A DNA stretch of 64,000 nucleotides from assembly GCA_038087875.1 (NCBI GenBank), contig CM075978.1, positions 42,594,001 to 42,658,000 of the forward strand, given 5' to 3'. The DNA is from Malacoraja senta (Eukaryota). Position 1 is the first letter of the stretch. Every line of letters begins with the position of its first letter. Shown here in pieces: positions 1-13,400 of this stretch. The notes beneath the pieces were generated by a model, which saw only the letters and a program-made list of their open reading frames with translations, made no database searches and was not told the origin of the DNA. Made by a program: the position numbers and the translations under genes.

Positions 1-436
1 CATCCTGGACAGTCCCTGTTCAACCTCCTGCCCTCTGGTAGGTGGTACAGGTGCGTCAAAAGCCGGACAAACAGACTCAAAACAGTTTCTTTCCCTGGGC
101 CATTAGAACTCTAAATTCCTCAAATATCCACACGACATGAGAAATCTGTCATCCATTCCACTATAAAACAGCTAATATTTCTTTTTTTTAAAATTCTTTT
201 AAAGTATTTATTCAATTTTAAAGTGTAATATTCTCCCAGTGCAATGTTCTACCTAGGTGTGATAATTATAATTGATCTACTATTTTAAGCAGTTAAATAA
301 CGTATTGAATGTATTGGATGTGTTTTTGTCTTGTTTGGACTTTTGGTTGCACTGATCAGGAGTAGCTCTCCTAATTTTGTTGTATTTCTAAGTACAATAA
401 CAATAAAGGCTTATTATTATTATTATTGAGATAATT
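1..436 (+). mobile_element. Rex1/Babar-like LINE 3' end with (ATT)n tail
   Basis: HPGQSLFNLLPSGRWYRCVKSRTNRLK-type C-terminal motif, then AATAAA and ATT repeats. Confidence 0.7.
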
Positions 437-1295
437 ATTGAGAAGGGGAAACTTTCTTGTTTAATTATTGATAGGTTAGTTGATTCAGGAATGGCAAATG
501 GGACAAGAAAATACACAACACATAGTAGGATTCTGAAAACTAGAACATTGAAAGTAGCAGGCCTGGGAGATGAGCTGGTAAAGGATGAATGGTAAAGAAA
601 TGAACTTTTTACAATTTAGACACAAAAAAATGGAAAGAATAAAGTACAATTAGACAACAACAAAAATGGGAAAGCGTGTAAAATCTTTAAAAAATGACAA
701 ATACATTTCTACCTTCAACTTTTCTGAATTGAGGAGTGTGAGTTGTGTTGCATGATCTATTTTGTCCTTAGAATTAAAAGTCCCAACTCCATATGGTTGT
801 TTTAAGTTATATTTACACCACAATCTTCAAATTCAAGTTGAAGTCTCTCATGAGACCTTGAGGCAATGAAACATTTGCAAACTTTGCACCTGCAGGTTCT
901 CATGTTTTAACTATTCTTTCACACTAACTGCTGGAGTTCCTATAGATAATGGGTGACGACTTTATTTAACAAAGACATTGTTAGCAAAACATTTGCTTTC
1001 CAAAGGATGATGATCATATATACTTAAATGAGGAAAACATTTGAAGCTACAAGGAATGAGCAAGAAAAGGAACAATGAGTTAATGCTTTCAAAGAACTAG
1101 TAGACCTATTGGGCTAGATGTCCTTTTTCAGTGTTACAGGATGTGTGCAAAAATATATAATCTAAAAACTTCTATTGGAGATTAAGACTTTCACAGCTAA
1201 CTCTTTCAATCAGACTAAAGCTATTGGATTCCGTGGGAATGCATGCTGTCACACGGTTGGGACATATTATACAATTGTGAAATTGCTTTACCTAC

Positions 1296-1405
1296 CAATC
1301 TTTGTCCATCACACAAAAGGAAAAAGGAAAACTAGCAGCAATCTTTTCAAATTCTTCCTGTGAAATGTAGCCATCCTGATCGTGATCATAATTTTTAAAA
1401 ACAGA
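1296..1405 (-). CDS. RASGRP1: RASGRP1 exon 12 (EF-hand 1)
   Basis: ttgcag|; encodes [36 protein letters not shown]; donor TG|gtaggt. Confidence 0.95.
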
Positions 1406-4400
1406 CTGCAAAGAGCAAACAAAAGGTTAAATACAAAATGTGCTCTAATTAAAATAATGGAACAGTCCTAAATATACCAGTAGCTATGTTTATCTTAAGA
1501 TTGAAAGACCAACTTTGGGAATTGTTTCTGCTCAATTTTAATTTTAAATCACAGGCTGATAAATAGGGAAAAGTGTGGAAACCACTGCAGACTTAATTGT
1601 CATGGTCCAGGACAAGTGTTAGTCCAATAGGTAAAAGTGCAATCCGTGAAAAATAGGAGCAGGAGTAAGTCATAATACTTCATCAGCTTGCTCTTTTAAT
1701 AAGACCTGGATGAGCTGGTCTTGCCTCAGTTGTCCTGTCTGTTTCCCCAAGTTGATGATTTCCTTTTAATTCCAAAATCTGTCTACCAGCTTACAACATG
1801 TTCTTTCTTGTTTTCAATGGGTGATCCTTTATTCTTATATCAAACCCACATTTGAACATCTTCACTCATGAAGCAAAACATCCTCTCAGCATCTATCTTG
1901 TCAACCTCGCTTCACCTCAGAATTTAGTTTAGAGTTACGGCATGGAAACAGGCCCTTCAACCCACCAAGGCCGCGCCGACCATGATCACCCCATACACTA
2001 GATTTATCCTACACACTAGGGATAATTTACAGAAGCCAATTAACTTACAAACCTACATGTCTTTGAAATGTCGAAGAAAACCGAAGTACTCAGAGAAAAC
2101 CCACGCGGTCACAGGGAGAACATACATGTATGTTTCATTATGAAAACCTCTCAGTGTTCTAATTAAATAGTCATATTGATGTAGAAACTAATGAAATAGG
2201 TGGACATTGTGGAATAATTCATGAAATATGCTCTTGGTGATACCTGCAGACCTAAATTCTTGACCTGATCTTACAGCTTGTGAAACACTCATCAAATTTA
2301 ATGGTCACAGGAAGAATATTCAAACTTCACGCAGACATATTTAATTTACTGATTTTAAAGTAGGGAGAAGCAAACCTAAAGAGAGAATCACTTTTATGCA
2401 TCACAGCAGATTTTAGAATTATTGGCAAAGATCTACGAGTCAACATCATGGCTTGATTGGAGTTTAAGTATGGCCAAGATGAGCCAGGACAGGTGGATAA
2501 AAGATTTGGTTATTTCTTGCTCTATCATTTATTTAATAATATTATAGACAAGCTAGTCTTGCCTCAATGAGTGCAGAACTAACTTCTCAATTGTTATGGG
2601 CTCACATAACTCAAATTGGGAAGGCCACTCACCAGATACAAGTATTCTACACGATTCAGTTGATTTTTATTCTTGTGTCCTGCTTGGTAAAAGCAGTACT
2701 TTTTTCTACTGAAATTAAAGAAATGCATTGATGAAAATCAAATCTTGGGAGGGGAATACAACTTTTATCTGGTCTTCTGGTAACCATTTAGTGATCAATG
2801 CCAAATTTTGCCAATACCTCTGTGTCTTGGAACTACAATACAAAAACTAGTAACTACATCCACAACATTGTAGGAGGCAAAACTCACATCAACCATCCGC
2901 TGAACATGTTTACTGATGGTCTTCGGATCAGGCTTTGGGGTTATTCCGGGGGCCCAGTCTGCTACCATGGGTGGTTTACAAGGAGTTGATGGCTAAATTT
3001 TTTAAAAAAATTAGTTAATTTGCAACTGCAAACCTTCTATATGGGGGGGAGAACATTTATTGTTGCCATCTTAGATACGAATCATCAAGCAGTTTTGATA
3101 CCCAACAATATAATAATAATAATAATTATTATAATAATAATAATAATAATAATAATCATCATAATGCATTTTATTTATGGGTGCCTTTCAGAACACTCAA
3201 GGACACCTTACAGTTAAAACAAGCAAATTACAAATATATAAATAAAATGAAACAAAAACAACATATCCATGAATTTGATAGAAAGTGGAGTTACGTGGGA
3301 TAGGCCAGTCTGAATAGGTGAGTTTTGAGGGAGGTTTTAAAGGTGGGGAGAGACTCTATGGTACGGATGGATAGTGGGAGAGAGTTCCAGAGGCGAGGGG
3401 CAGTACGGCTGAAGTCTCTGAACCCCATCGTGGACAGGCGGGCAGATGGAGTGGAGAGCAGGGAGGAAGAAGAGGATCGGAGAGTTCGGGATGGAGTGTA
3501 AGGCTGGGGGAGTTCAGAGAGGTATGGAGGAGCGAGATTGTGGAGGGCTTTGAAAGTGAGGAGGAGAATCTTAAAATCAGGGAGCCAGTGCAGTTGTTTA
3601 AGGATGGGAGTGATGTGTTGGGTGGATGGGGTTCTGGTGATAATGCGAGCAGCTGAGTTCTGGACCAATTGGAGTTTATGGATGGACTTCTGGGGTAAAC
3701 CAGAGAGGAGAGAGTTACAATAATCAATACGGGAGGTGACGAGGGCGTGGATGAGAGTAGCAGTGCTGTTAGGTGTGAGTGATGGACGAAGACGGTGGAT
3801 AGTGCGTAGGTGAAAGTAAGCAGACCGAGTGAGATTATTGATGTGTTTTTCAAAAGAAAGTGTGCTATCAAGGATGACACCCAGATTCTTGACCTGAGGG
3901 GAAGGAGGAACTATGGAATTGTCAATGGTGTGAGAAATTGGGACATTTAGATAGGGTGGATTTGGAGCCAACAAGGAGAATTTCAGTTTTGTCACTGTTG
4001 AGTTTGAGGAAGTTGTGAACAAACCAGGTTTTAATTTCCACTAAGCAGTCAGACAGGGAAGAGGGAGGAAGCATGGAAGTGGGTTTGGTGGACAGGTAGA
4101 GCTGGGTGTCATCCGTGTAGCAGTGAAATTGAATGTTGTATTTCCTGAAAATAATACCAAGGGGAAGTAAATAAATTATAAAAAGGAGGTGCCCTAGGAC
4201 TGAGCCCTGGGGAACACCAATGGTGACTGGGGAGGGTTGTGATTGGACATTTTTAAGTTGTACAAACTGAGTGCGGCTAGTGTATGGGGTGATCATGGTC
4301 GGCGCGGCCTTGGTGGGTTGAAGGGCCTGTTTCCAGGTGAGTGATGTGTTGATGATACCAATGGAGGCTAGACGGTCGAGGGGGATGTTGTGAGAGATGG

Positions 4401-7400
4401 TGTCGAAGGCAGCAGTCAAATCAAGGAGGATGAGTATGGTGAGAAAACCGGAGTCGGCAGCCATCAGCAGGTCATTGGTGACCTTAACTAATGCTGTTTC
4501 TGTGCTATGGAGAGGGCGAAAACCAGATTGAAATTGTTCATAGAGGTTATTGCTGATGAGATGATTATGAACCTGTGCAGCAACTGTTTTTTCTAGTATT
4601 TTAGAGATAAATGGCAAATTGGAGATTGGTCGGAAATTATTTAGATTGTTGGGATATGTTTCTCCCCATTATTAACTGCCTGTTAACTCTGTAAATTAAA
4701 TGTGCCTAGGATCATTACATGTTGACTGTTTAAACAGTTTATTGACTTCAAAAAGTCATAAATCTAATATTCATTTTCACAACAAGCATGCTTTTTAAAT
4801 CGTTAATTAATAAATGAATGTAAATTTATCTTAACATAGAACTGTACAGAACAGGAACAGGCCCTTCGGCCCATAATGTCCACGCCAAGCATGATGCCAA
4901 GTTAATCTTCTCTGCCTGCACATGATTTATATTTCCCCCATTCTTTGCATATCCATCTTGCCACAGTTCCCATCATGTTAAAATAATTATTCCACAACCA
5001 TATGCGTTTTAAAAGGCTACAATAGGGATTGCGCCACCAAAAAATAGAAAGGACAAATACAAGGGTAATGACAAGAATTGAAGGGTTTTTGATCTGAAAC
5101 ATCAACCGTGTTTCTCTTACCTATGCTGTTACTTACTTCCAGCATATTCTGTTTTTATTTCAGATATCCAGCATCTGCTGTTTGTGATTTGAACAATTCT
5201 GGCCTTCATATTATAGGAAGGCATTAGAGAAAATGCAAAGAAAAATACTGCCTCAATGACCAAATAGATTTCATCTGCCCAGGTAGATTGGATAAGATTG
5301 GTAATTTCCGTACCAAAGAGAACACAGGGATTTTAGAGAGTAAATGTCAGGAAAATGTGTTATTATTTGGCAGGTTAAATTAATGGGCCATAAATATAAG
5401 ACAGCCAATAATAAATTAAATAAAGAATTCACAAGTATCTATTTTACCCAGGTAGTGTTTCGAATGTGTAAGTAATTGCCATCATTAATATGTGAGGTGA
5501 CCAGGATAGAGATGCTTGTCAAATTCAAGATTGAGTGAAGCACAGGACATGGCGATGGAATTAAGTGAAGGATGGAAGGTTTCTCTAGAACATTATCTCC
5601 ATTTGGTGCCTGTTGGGTCAAAGACGCTGCTTCTAAGCTGCAAGTACATTTCATTAATATTTAATATTTTGACTATGCCTCTAAAATAAATTTGGTTGAT
5701 CTAGATGAACCAATGGGAACCAGTGTTGAAAAATGGGAAACTGCAGCATTACAAGATCATATTCCATCAGACTGGCCGAATCAACTCAAGGCAACCAGGG
5801 ATTACAGAAATACGCCTCCAGCTGGATACATTTATCTAATAAAGGTTCAACAATACCCACCAGGAATTAATTTACACTGAAATGCTTGTACTCCATTTCT
5901 ATAACGCCTGGAAAAAAAATGCTCACCCTACAGTAGGATAACAAGAATCAGCCCTATTAGTTGAGTCCCATTGTTACTTCACACTCTACCAGTTTTTCTT
6001 TCAAAGAGAAACAATAAAACACCCTTGCCTCACAGTTCTACTAACACCCAAATAAGATGTCAATGGTACATAAACTGCCACTCCAATTGTACAGAAATAT
6101 CTCAGTAAATGATAAAGAATCCAGTTAGTGAATTATCCTCAACTGATTTAATTTGGATTGCACCTACCTGAACCAGAAAAATATGGTTCACAGTAGCAAG
6201 TGGATGCAGACTAATGCAGCATTAATATAACAAGTCGACATATCTGAACAAAGCTAATTTTAATTTTAGGCAATGGTATAAAGTAAGCAGGATTATACCA
6301 GATACTCATCAAACATCTCCCAGAGAAACATGAAACAAGACTAATCGACTGACACCTGATTTACAAACATATCAAAAATGTGGCTCACCAATATTTTGAG
6401 AATACAACAAATGTTCAAGTCACCTTGGCGTTACAATTACAATTAACACTGACCTCGGCATACTGTACATGTACCCCAAAAAAGTATAACTTTTAATGTA
6501 ACTTCCATATTATATTGGAGTTTTTTTGTTCGGCTGAAACCCTAAGTGAAAGAGTTTCAGATATTGCATATGCTTTCAACCTAAAATCAATTATATGCTT
6601 AAGGAGCCATAAAGCTCTTGATTGGAACATGATCAAATCTGATTGTCTTTCAAATTTCACCAACTGCAATTTCATGACATATAACTTATCTGGCAATCTG
6701 ACAAGATGATTGCAGCTTCAATCAGCAGTAATGCATATCACAATGTGCACTTAATGTGAAACAGCAATATCAACTGACAGAAATGGTATGAGGAAAGTTT
6801 CTTACTGGAGCTTTATTGTTTCGTGGCTCACGTGCATATGAAAGCTCATAAATTTCATCTTCTGTGTAGTAGAGGTCCAGTGAGAGCTGAAATAATGCAA
6901 AATATCAGTTACACCAACTGCTTTCACCAAATGTTTCAGTTTTCACTCACCGCACTACATAAGTGACCCATGTTTGGCAAGTACCTTTTATTGTATATTA
7001 ATAGACCCACTAATTAAGAAATGTTATACTCTTGCAGATCAATTAATGATTTACTGATGATTCAAGCCACCGCAAAAATCTACAGAGGGCACCAGTTACT
7101 CTGATTACAGATGGCAAACATTAAAATGGTAGTTATTGCAGTCACACTTCATCTAACTGCATCAATAAAACCTTTTAAAGAAAGCCAGATACAGAATATT
7201 TTACGCTAAGATCTCAAGTGTGGTTATGGCTTCTGATTATCTCACCTCTTTTTGACAACCTTGCTGGGATAAGATTACACAGGTATCGTCGCCCAGGTCT
7301 TGCCACAATAAGCATTATTCATATGAGCATTAACATGTAACTGAAGACAATATCTGAGTTTAGCCTTATTCCATCTTCAGCAAATGTTTACTAATACTTT

Positions 7401-10400
7401 AAGTTTTCAGAAACAGATATATTACATATACATTCCCTTTACTGAGACTTGTTGTAGTGATTCTAAGGTTGCTCTACAAGATTACCATAGAATAAGTTCA
7501 CATTTACTGGGATAGCTGTCCTGCATTTTTACATAAATACTATCCAGCATAAAAATACCACTTTACAAAATTGGCAAAACATGTTTTAAACTGACAAAGC
7601 AAGCAGCAAATTAGTATTGCAAATAGGCACCAAAATAAATTCACTGGAAGACTGCTAAATTCTTTTCAAAATATGCGTCTTCCCTAAATCAATGCTGCTC
7701 AAAACAGACTGACGTTAGTCTCATTACTTCATTTGAGCAATTTCCTCCTGGTACACAACATTGGGTGCAAATCCATTCCTTTATATTTTCACCTCTACTA
7801 TCATCTACACCCAGTTCCATCCCCAAATCTTCCCATCATCAGCAGTTCTGACTGAAGTATAGGCACAGCAGTAATGTCTCCATTATTGCTTCTCTTGAGT
7901 GGGTAGTTAGGAGAAGCACAAAGTGTTTGCTGGAGATGACTCACAGCAAAGCTTTGATCAGCAATTTGTTGGGAAAAGAGCAAATTATTCAACAACAACA
8001 AAAATAAATTTTACATGTGTATAAAGCCTGATATTGAATCACTTTAGGCATTACATTGAAAAAATGATACTGTTCCACTTTACTACAATGTTCAATGATG
8101 ATTGTAAAATCAAAATGGAGGAGCAAGTTAATGGTGACCAGTCTGAAGCTGCTGACTATTTGTGACCGATTTGCATTTTGATTTATTATCAGCAACTGCA
8201 TTTTATTTCATGTTCCCTGATGGGCTGCCCTGAAGTTAATAATCCCTAATAAGACCGTTTAATTGAAGAACACTATGTGAATTTGTTTGATTACATCCAA
8301 CAACAGCCGAGGAGCGGGCAGATTACACATTCCGAATAGCAAGTTGTACTTTCAGTAATCATCTACATGCTTTTCCACCTGCAGTCAGCACTGTAAATAC
8401 CAAAAGGCAGTTGATTGACTTTGTACACGCATCTGCCAAAAATAGCATCAGCAGACAATAGTGCAATCAAATTAATACTCATCAATATGAATTTAAATTC
8501 ACAAATTCTGCTTGCAGAATGGAACTTCGGAGTGCTCTGCTAAATTACAGTCTGTATAAACAAAAGGAAGTGTGGTAATGTCAAAATGAAGCAATAACAC
8601 AAAATGTATTTATCTTCTCATAATTGTTTCATACATTGTTCATTTTATCGTGGCCATGTGGCTTATCTAAACCAAGAAAAGGAAAGCAGTATTTAAAGAG
8701 CTTATCTTTATGAAAAACTACCAATTTTTAATTAATATTGTGGAAACAAAATAAAAGCCTGATAGGGTAGGTAACCTAATAAAATGCCCAATAGCAATTA
8801 ATAGGATCAGACCGAATTAATATTATCAAATAGAAATGTAAAAATGCAGACCATGTCACAGAAAGATATTAGGAGAGATGGCCAAAGGCTCAATCAGAGG
8901 TAGATTTAAAGGACAAGAGAGAAGTGGAGAGCTTTAGGGAAATAATTACAGAGCTTAGGGCAAAGGCTGCTGAACAAAAGGTCACAAATGATGGAGGTAA
9001 ATATCGGGGGAATACAAGAAGCCAGAATTTGAAAATGTGAATGATAATAAGTCTTGTATGGCTGGAGGTGTTAAAGAGTTATCAGTGGCGATGAAGAGGG
9101 GGTAGGTGGGGTGCGAAGGAAGGGGTAAAATGTAATGCACTGATACTTATTTATTAACACATTTCAAGACAAATTTACATTTTCCATTAATAGGATTTCA
9201 CTTTGATTCAATAAAGTTCACTATTAACCAGAATGGTATTACTTGGTGAATAAAGTTTCTTGCAGCAGTTTTGGTTTTGCTCATAATTTGCTAGTAACTG
9301 AACCGTGCAAACAATTTCCTGAAGCATTTTGATACAATTGATTTTGATGTATAGTTTTAAGCATGTAAATGAGAAAGCGAACCAGAACACTACAGCTTAA
9401 AGTTTTACTGCATTATCACATGCAAGATTGAAACTTGCATTTTAGTATAAGTGACGACCAGGTGAATCATGATTAAAGTTTCTTAAATTGTAAATTTCAC
9501 ATTTTATACGAGTTAAAATGTTGTTTATTCTTGGGAGATAAACAGTTGGAACTTGTAGAAACATTCAAAAGACAAAAGCAAATAGTTTTAATAAAAATGC
9601 AGAGGTCAAAACATTCTTAACTTTGATTTGACGTCATTTAATTGGTGCATTATAATAGGGCTATAGTGGTGATATGCTTGACATTTTTTTAACAGCATTC
9701 ATTTTCTTAGTATTTAGGAAAACAATATTAAAAATAATAAATTGAGCTATCCTTTTCCTTATGGATAAAAATTAAGGATATGAAAGTGAGTACAATATTT
9801 CATTGAATTATTTGCATCTTTCATCACAATTAAGGAGCAAAATAATGCTGAGAATTATGAATGTGGCAGTGGTAAATGTTTATCCTTAAAATTTGAATTG
9901 TCCAAGCTTTGTTTAGATCTCTTTATGGGATTGGTTGTCCTTATTCTATGCCTCCTCTAGGTGTACATCTCTACAATGCTCCAATTTTGATTTCCTGCAC
10001 ATCCTCTATTTACTTCACCACACCACTAGCAAATATTTCTTATTACCAAATAGCTTGGTTACAATCACTGCTAAGCACACTGAGAATAACTTTTCTGAGA
10101 GCAAGGAGAAGTTTGAAGAGTCCAGCAAGAGAAGCAGGGAAATTGGGTTGATAGGTCCAGGTTTGGTTTGGACTTAATTCCATGTTCTCCCATTGTTCTG
10201 GATGTTGGTGACTGCAACAGACTGAGAAGACCTGGACTCAATTTCTGGGCAGTGGTAAGTTAAATCAGGATCTGCAGCTAAAGACAGTTGGAGACACAGA
10301 ATGCAAGCAGTTTCCACTCGTCCCGTAGGATTACTCTGAAACCAGCGTTGTTTAAAGCAAATCACAAAGTAGGGGGGCAATCAATCAATCTCAGTTCCAG

Positions 10401-13400
10401 CCATTAATCAAAAGGCTCAAGCCCAGTTATCGCTGTGTCCAAATAAGCAGTGCAGAGGAACCTCAGCAAGTTTTTGTTCCACACCTGGATTCCACATGAA
10501 GTCCACTGCAAGAATCCGAATGTCTACGTATACTATATGCTGCATAATTTTATATACTTCTATCAGGTCTCGCCTCTGTCCTCAAACACCAACACTCCTA
10601 AGAAAACTATCCAAGTTTGTCCAACTTCTCCTGATAACTAATGCCCTCTAATCCAGGCAATATTCTGGTAAACCTCTGCTGCACTCTCTCCAAAACCTCT
10701 GCATTCTTCCTGTAATGGGGAACATGAACTGCACACAATACTCTAAATGCAACCTAACCAAACCTAAAGTTGCAACATGACTTTCTGACTCTTATACGTA
10801 ATGCCTTGACTGATGAAGGCAAGCATACCATATGCCTTTTTAATATCGCTTTACTTATGCTGACACTTTCAGGGAGCTATGGACTTGGACCCCAAGATCC
10901 CTTTGTACAACAATGCTGTTAAAGGTCTTACCATTGACTATATATTTCTTACCTTCGACCACCCCAAAGTCCAACAGCTTGCACTTGCTCTGATTAGCAT
11001 CCATCCGACATTTCACTGTGCATTTCTTTAACTGATTTATATCCCATTGTAGACTTGGACTACCTTCCTCACTGTTTGCAACTCCACCAATTTCGATGTT
11101 GCCTACAAACTTACTAACCAACCAATCTACATTTACATCCAAATCATTCATAAATAGCATAAGCATCCTGAGGAATGACATCAGTTGCATTTTGCTGGCT
11201 CAGATTTGTTCACCAATAACACCAACATGCATTTAAATAACACGGTAAAAACCGGGGGTTTTATTTAATTGACAAATTATGCACTTTCAATCAATCAAGT
11301 TTTATTCGTCACTTGCACGTAAGTGCAAGTGAAATGAATTTGCCAGCAGCGGTACAAATTGTTTACATTTATCATTTCATTTTGATATCCTAAATGTTTG
11401 AAATGTCATTGTGCAAATGTCTACCGTTGGACTGTTTATCACATGAAGGAACGAGACATCATCAGAGTAAGACCAACTTACTGTGAGCAAATGCACCAGA
11501 TCCTTATTTGCTTCCAGAGGTGGCACAGTGTTTTGAAGTTGGACAAGCTCGTTGATGTGGTTGAACAGAATTTGCAGTTTATGTATGTTAATCTTGCTAT
11601 CCTCAACATAGTCTGGCAAGGCTTCATGTAGTGAGATAAGATCTTTCAGGTGGACGCCCAGAATAGGAATCTTGAAGTCTGTGCAATCACCATACACACG
11701 TCGATAGCTGTTGTAGTTTCCACTGGACGAAAGCAGCTCAGTCATTTCGTTCATTACCTACATTGAAAATCCCAAGATTACAGATTCTGAATATTTTTAC
11801 TTAAATTAATCATTTATCTTAACCATATATATTTTCCTTTAATAGTTGTGAGAGAACATAGGCAATAAAAGTATAGGAATGAAAACATGTTGATGCAAAA
11901 ATGCCGTCTGTGATTGTCCACCACTGTAACTGTGCCTATTGTTCCTGTGAGTGTAAATTCTGCCTTAAGTCACCTGCCATTGGTGCTTAATCACCAGGAA
12001 TCAAGTATCGCAGGTTTACCAGCCTAGGCAGTGATTGTAATATTCTTGATACAGATTTTAAAGTCTGCAGTACTTTCACTGCTGTCATCAGGATTTTTGT
12101 CATGTTCACCATGCAAATATTGATTTATCAGTTCAGAATGGGATATGGTAGTTTATGTTCAGTACAACATATCTTTTTTCCATGTTTGATTTGGGCTGCA
12201 GATGCAACAGTGTCCAGAGGCAACGATGAAATTATCCTATAGTAAATTCTTTCTGAATTCATTTCTGAATCACTTCTGTCAAAGGAATAAGAAATTCCTA
12301 GGAATGGATGATACTGGATTTTGAGAAATCAAATGGTAGTTGTGGCTCCTGATAAGGAATTATGGTTGTCAATCCAGTTTCAAATCACAGCACAAGTCTG
12401 CCTGAATAATTCAAAAATATTCTCAAGAATTAAATATGTTTAAGATCATCCAATTCTGTCCTTACAATCAAAAAAATTACAGTGCAGAAAAACATTCAGC
12501 CCATTGTGTCTGGTCTTTATCTCACGTCTTAATTTCCCATTGCTAAAATATAACTTAATATTGCAAATGATGACATAAGATTACAGTGCAGAAAAAAATA
12601 CCTTGGAATTTATGTGACAAAGAAATATACTTCTTTATTTAAATCAAATTTCATGCCTTTACTTAATAAATTGCATAAGAATATCCAATACTGGAAAACA
12701 CTTCTCATTTCAATGCTCGGTAGAGTTAATGCTATAAAAATGATTTTCCTTCCGCAATTGCTATACCTTTTTCAATCAATTCCGATATATCTCCCAAAAA
12801 ATGTCTTTAAAAAAGTTGACTGTATAGTGACAAGTTTTTTTTTGGATTATAAGAACCACAGAATAAACAAAAAACACCTATGCAAACCCAAGACCAAAGG
12901 AGGATTAGTTTTACCAAATTTTTTATTTTATTTTTGGGCAGTTAATGTCAAATATATGAATTTTTGGTTGGAAGATATGGATCAACAACCAGACTGGTTA
13001 AAGATGTAAAAGGAAGATTGCTTGCCTTTTGAAATTGGACCGATACTGTTAGCTCCTACAAAATTGAATACAAAAATCTATAGTGAAAACCCTATAATAT
13101 ATAGTGGTATTCAAATTTGGAAACAACTAAAAAAGACATTAAAATTGGATAATTTATCACTTTCTCTCCCCATTGCAAATAATCCTTCATTTAAACCCAC
13201 AGTGTTGGATAAAGGTATTGTACAATGGAAAAATCACGGAATTAAAAAGATGGGACATCTTTATAGAAATGGTATTTTTCTCTCGTTTCAGGAACTACAA
13301 CAGAATTATGGATTACATTCAAATAATTTTTTTAAATACTTACAACTTAAAGATTATGTTAAATTACATACACAAGAATACAGAACTAGAAAACCAGAGA

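Noticed and set aside
3020-3217. Poly-Ile ORFs (also 61090-61377)
   Set aside because: (ATT/TAA)n retroelement tails.
3101-4654. cccaacaat / attgttggg inverted match at the two ends of the L2
   Set aside because: Only 9 bp, and the inner copy is native L2 coding sequence (PNN); not a TIR.
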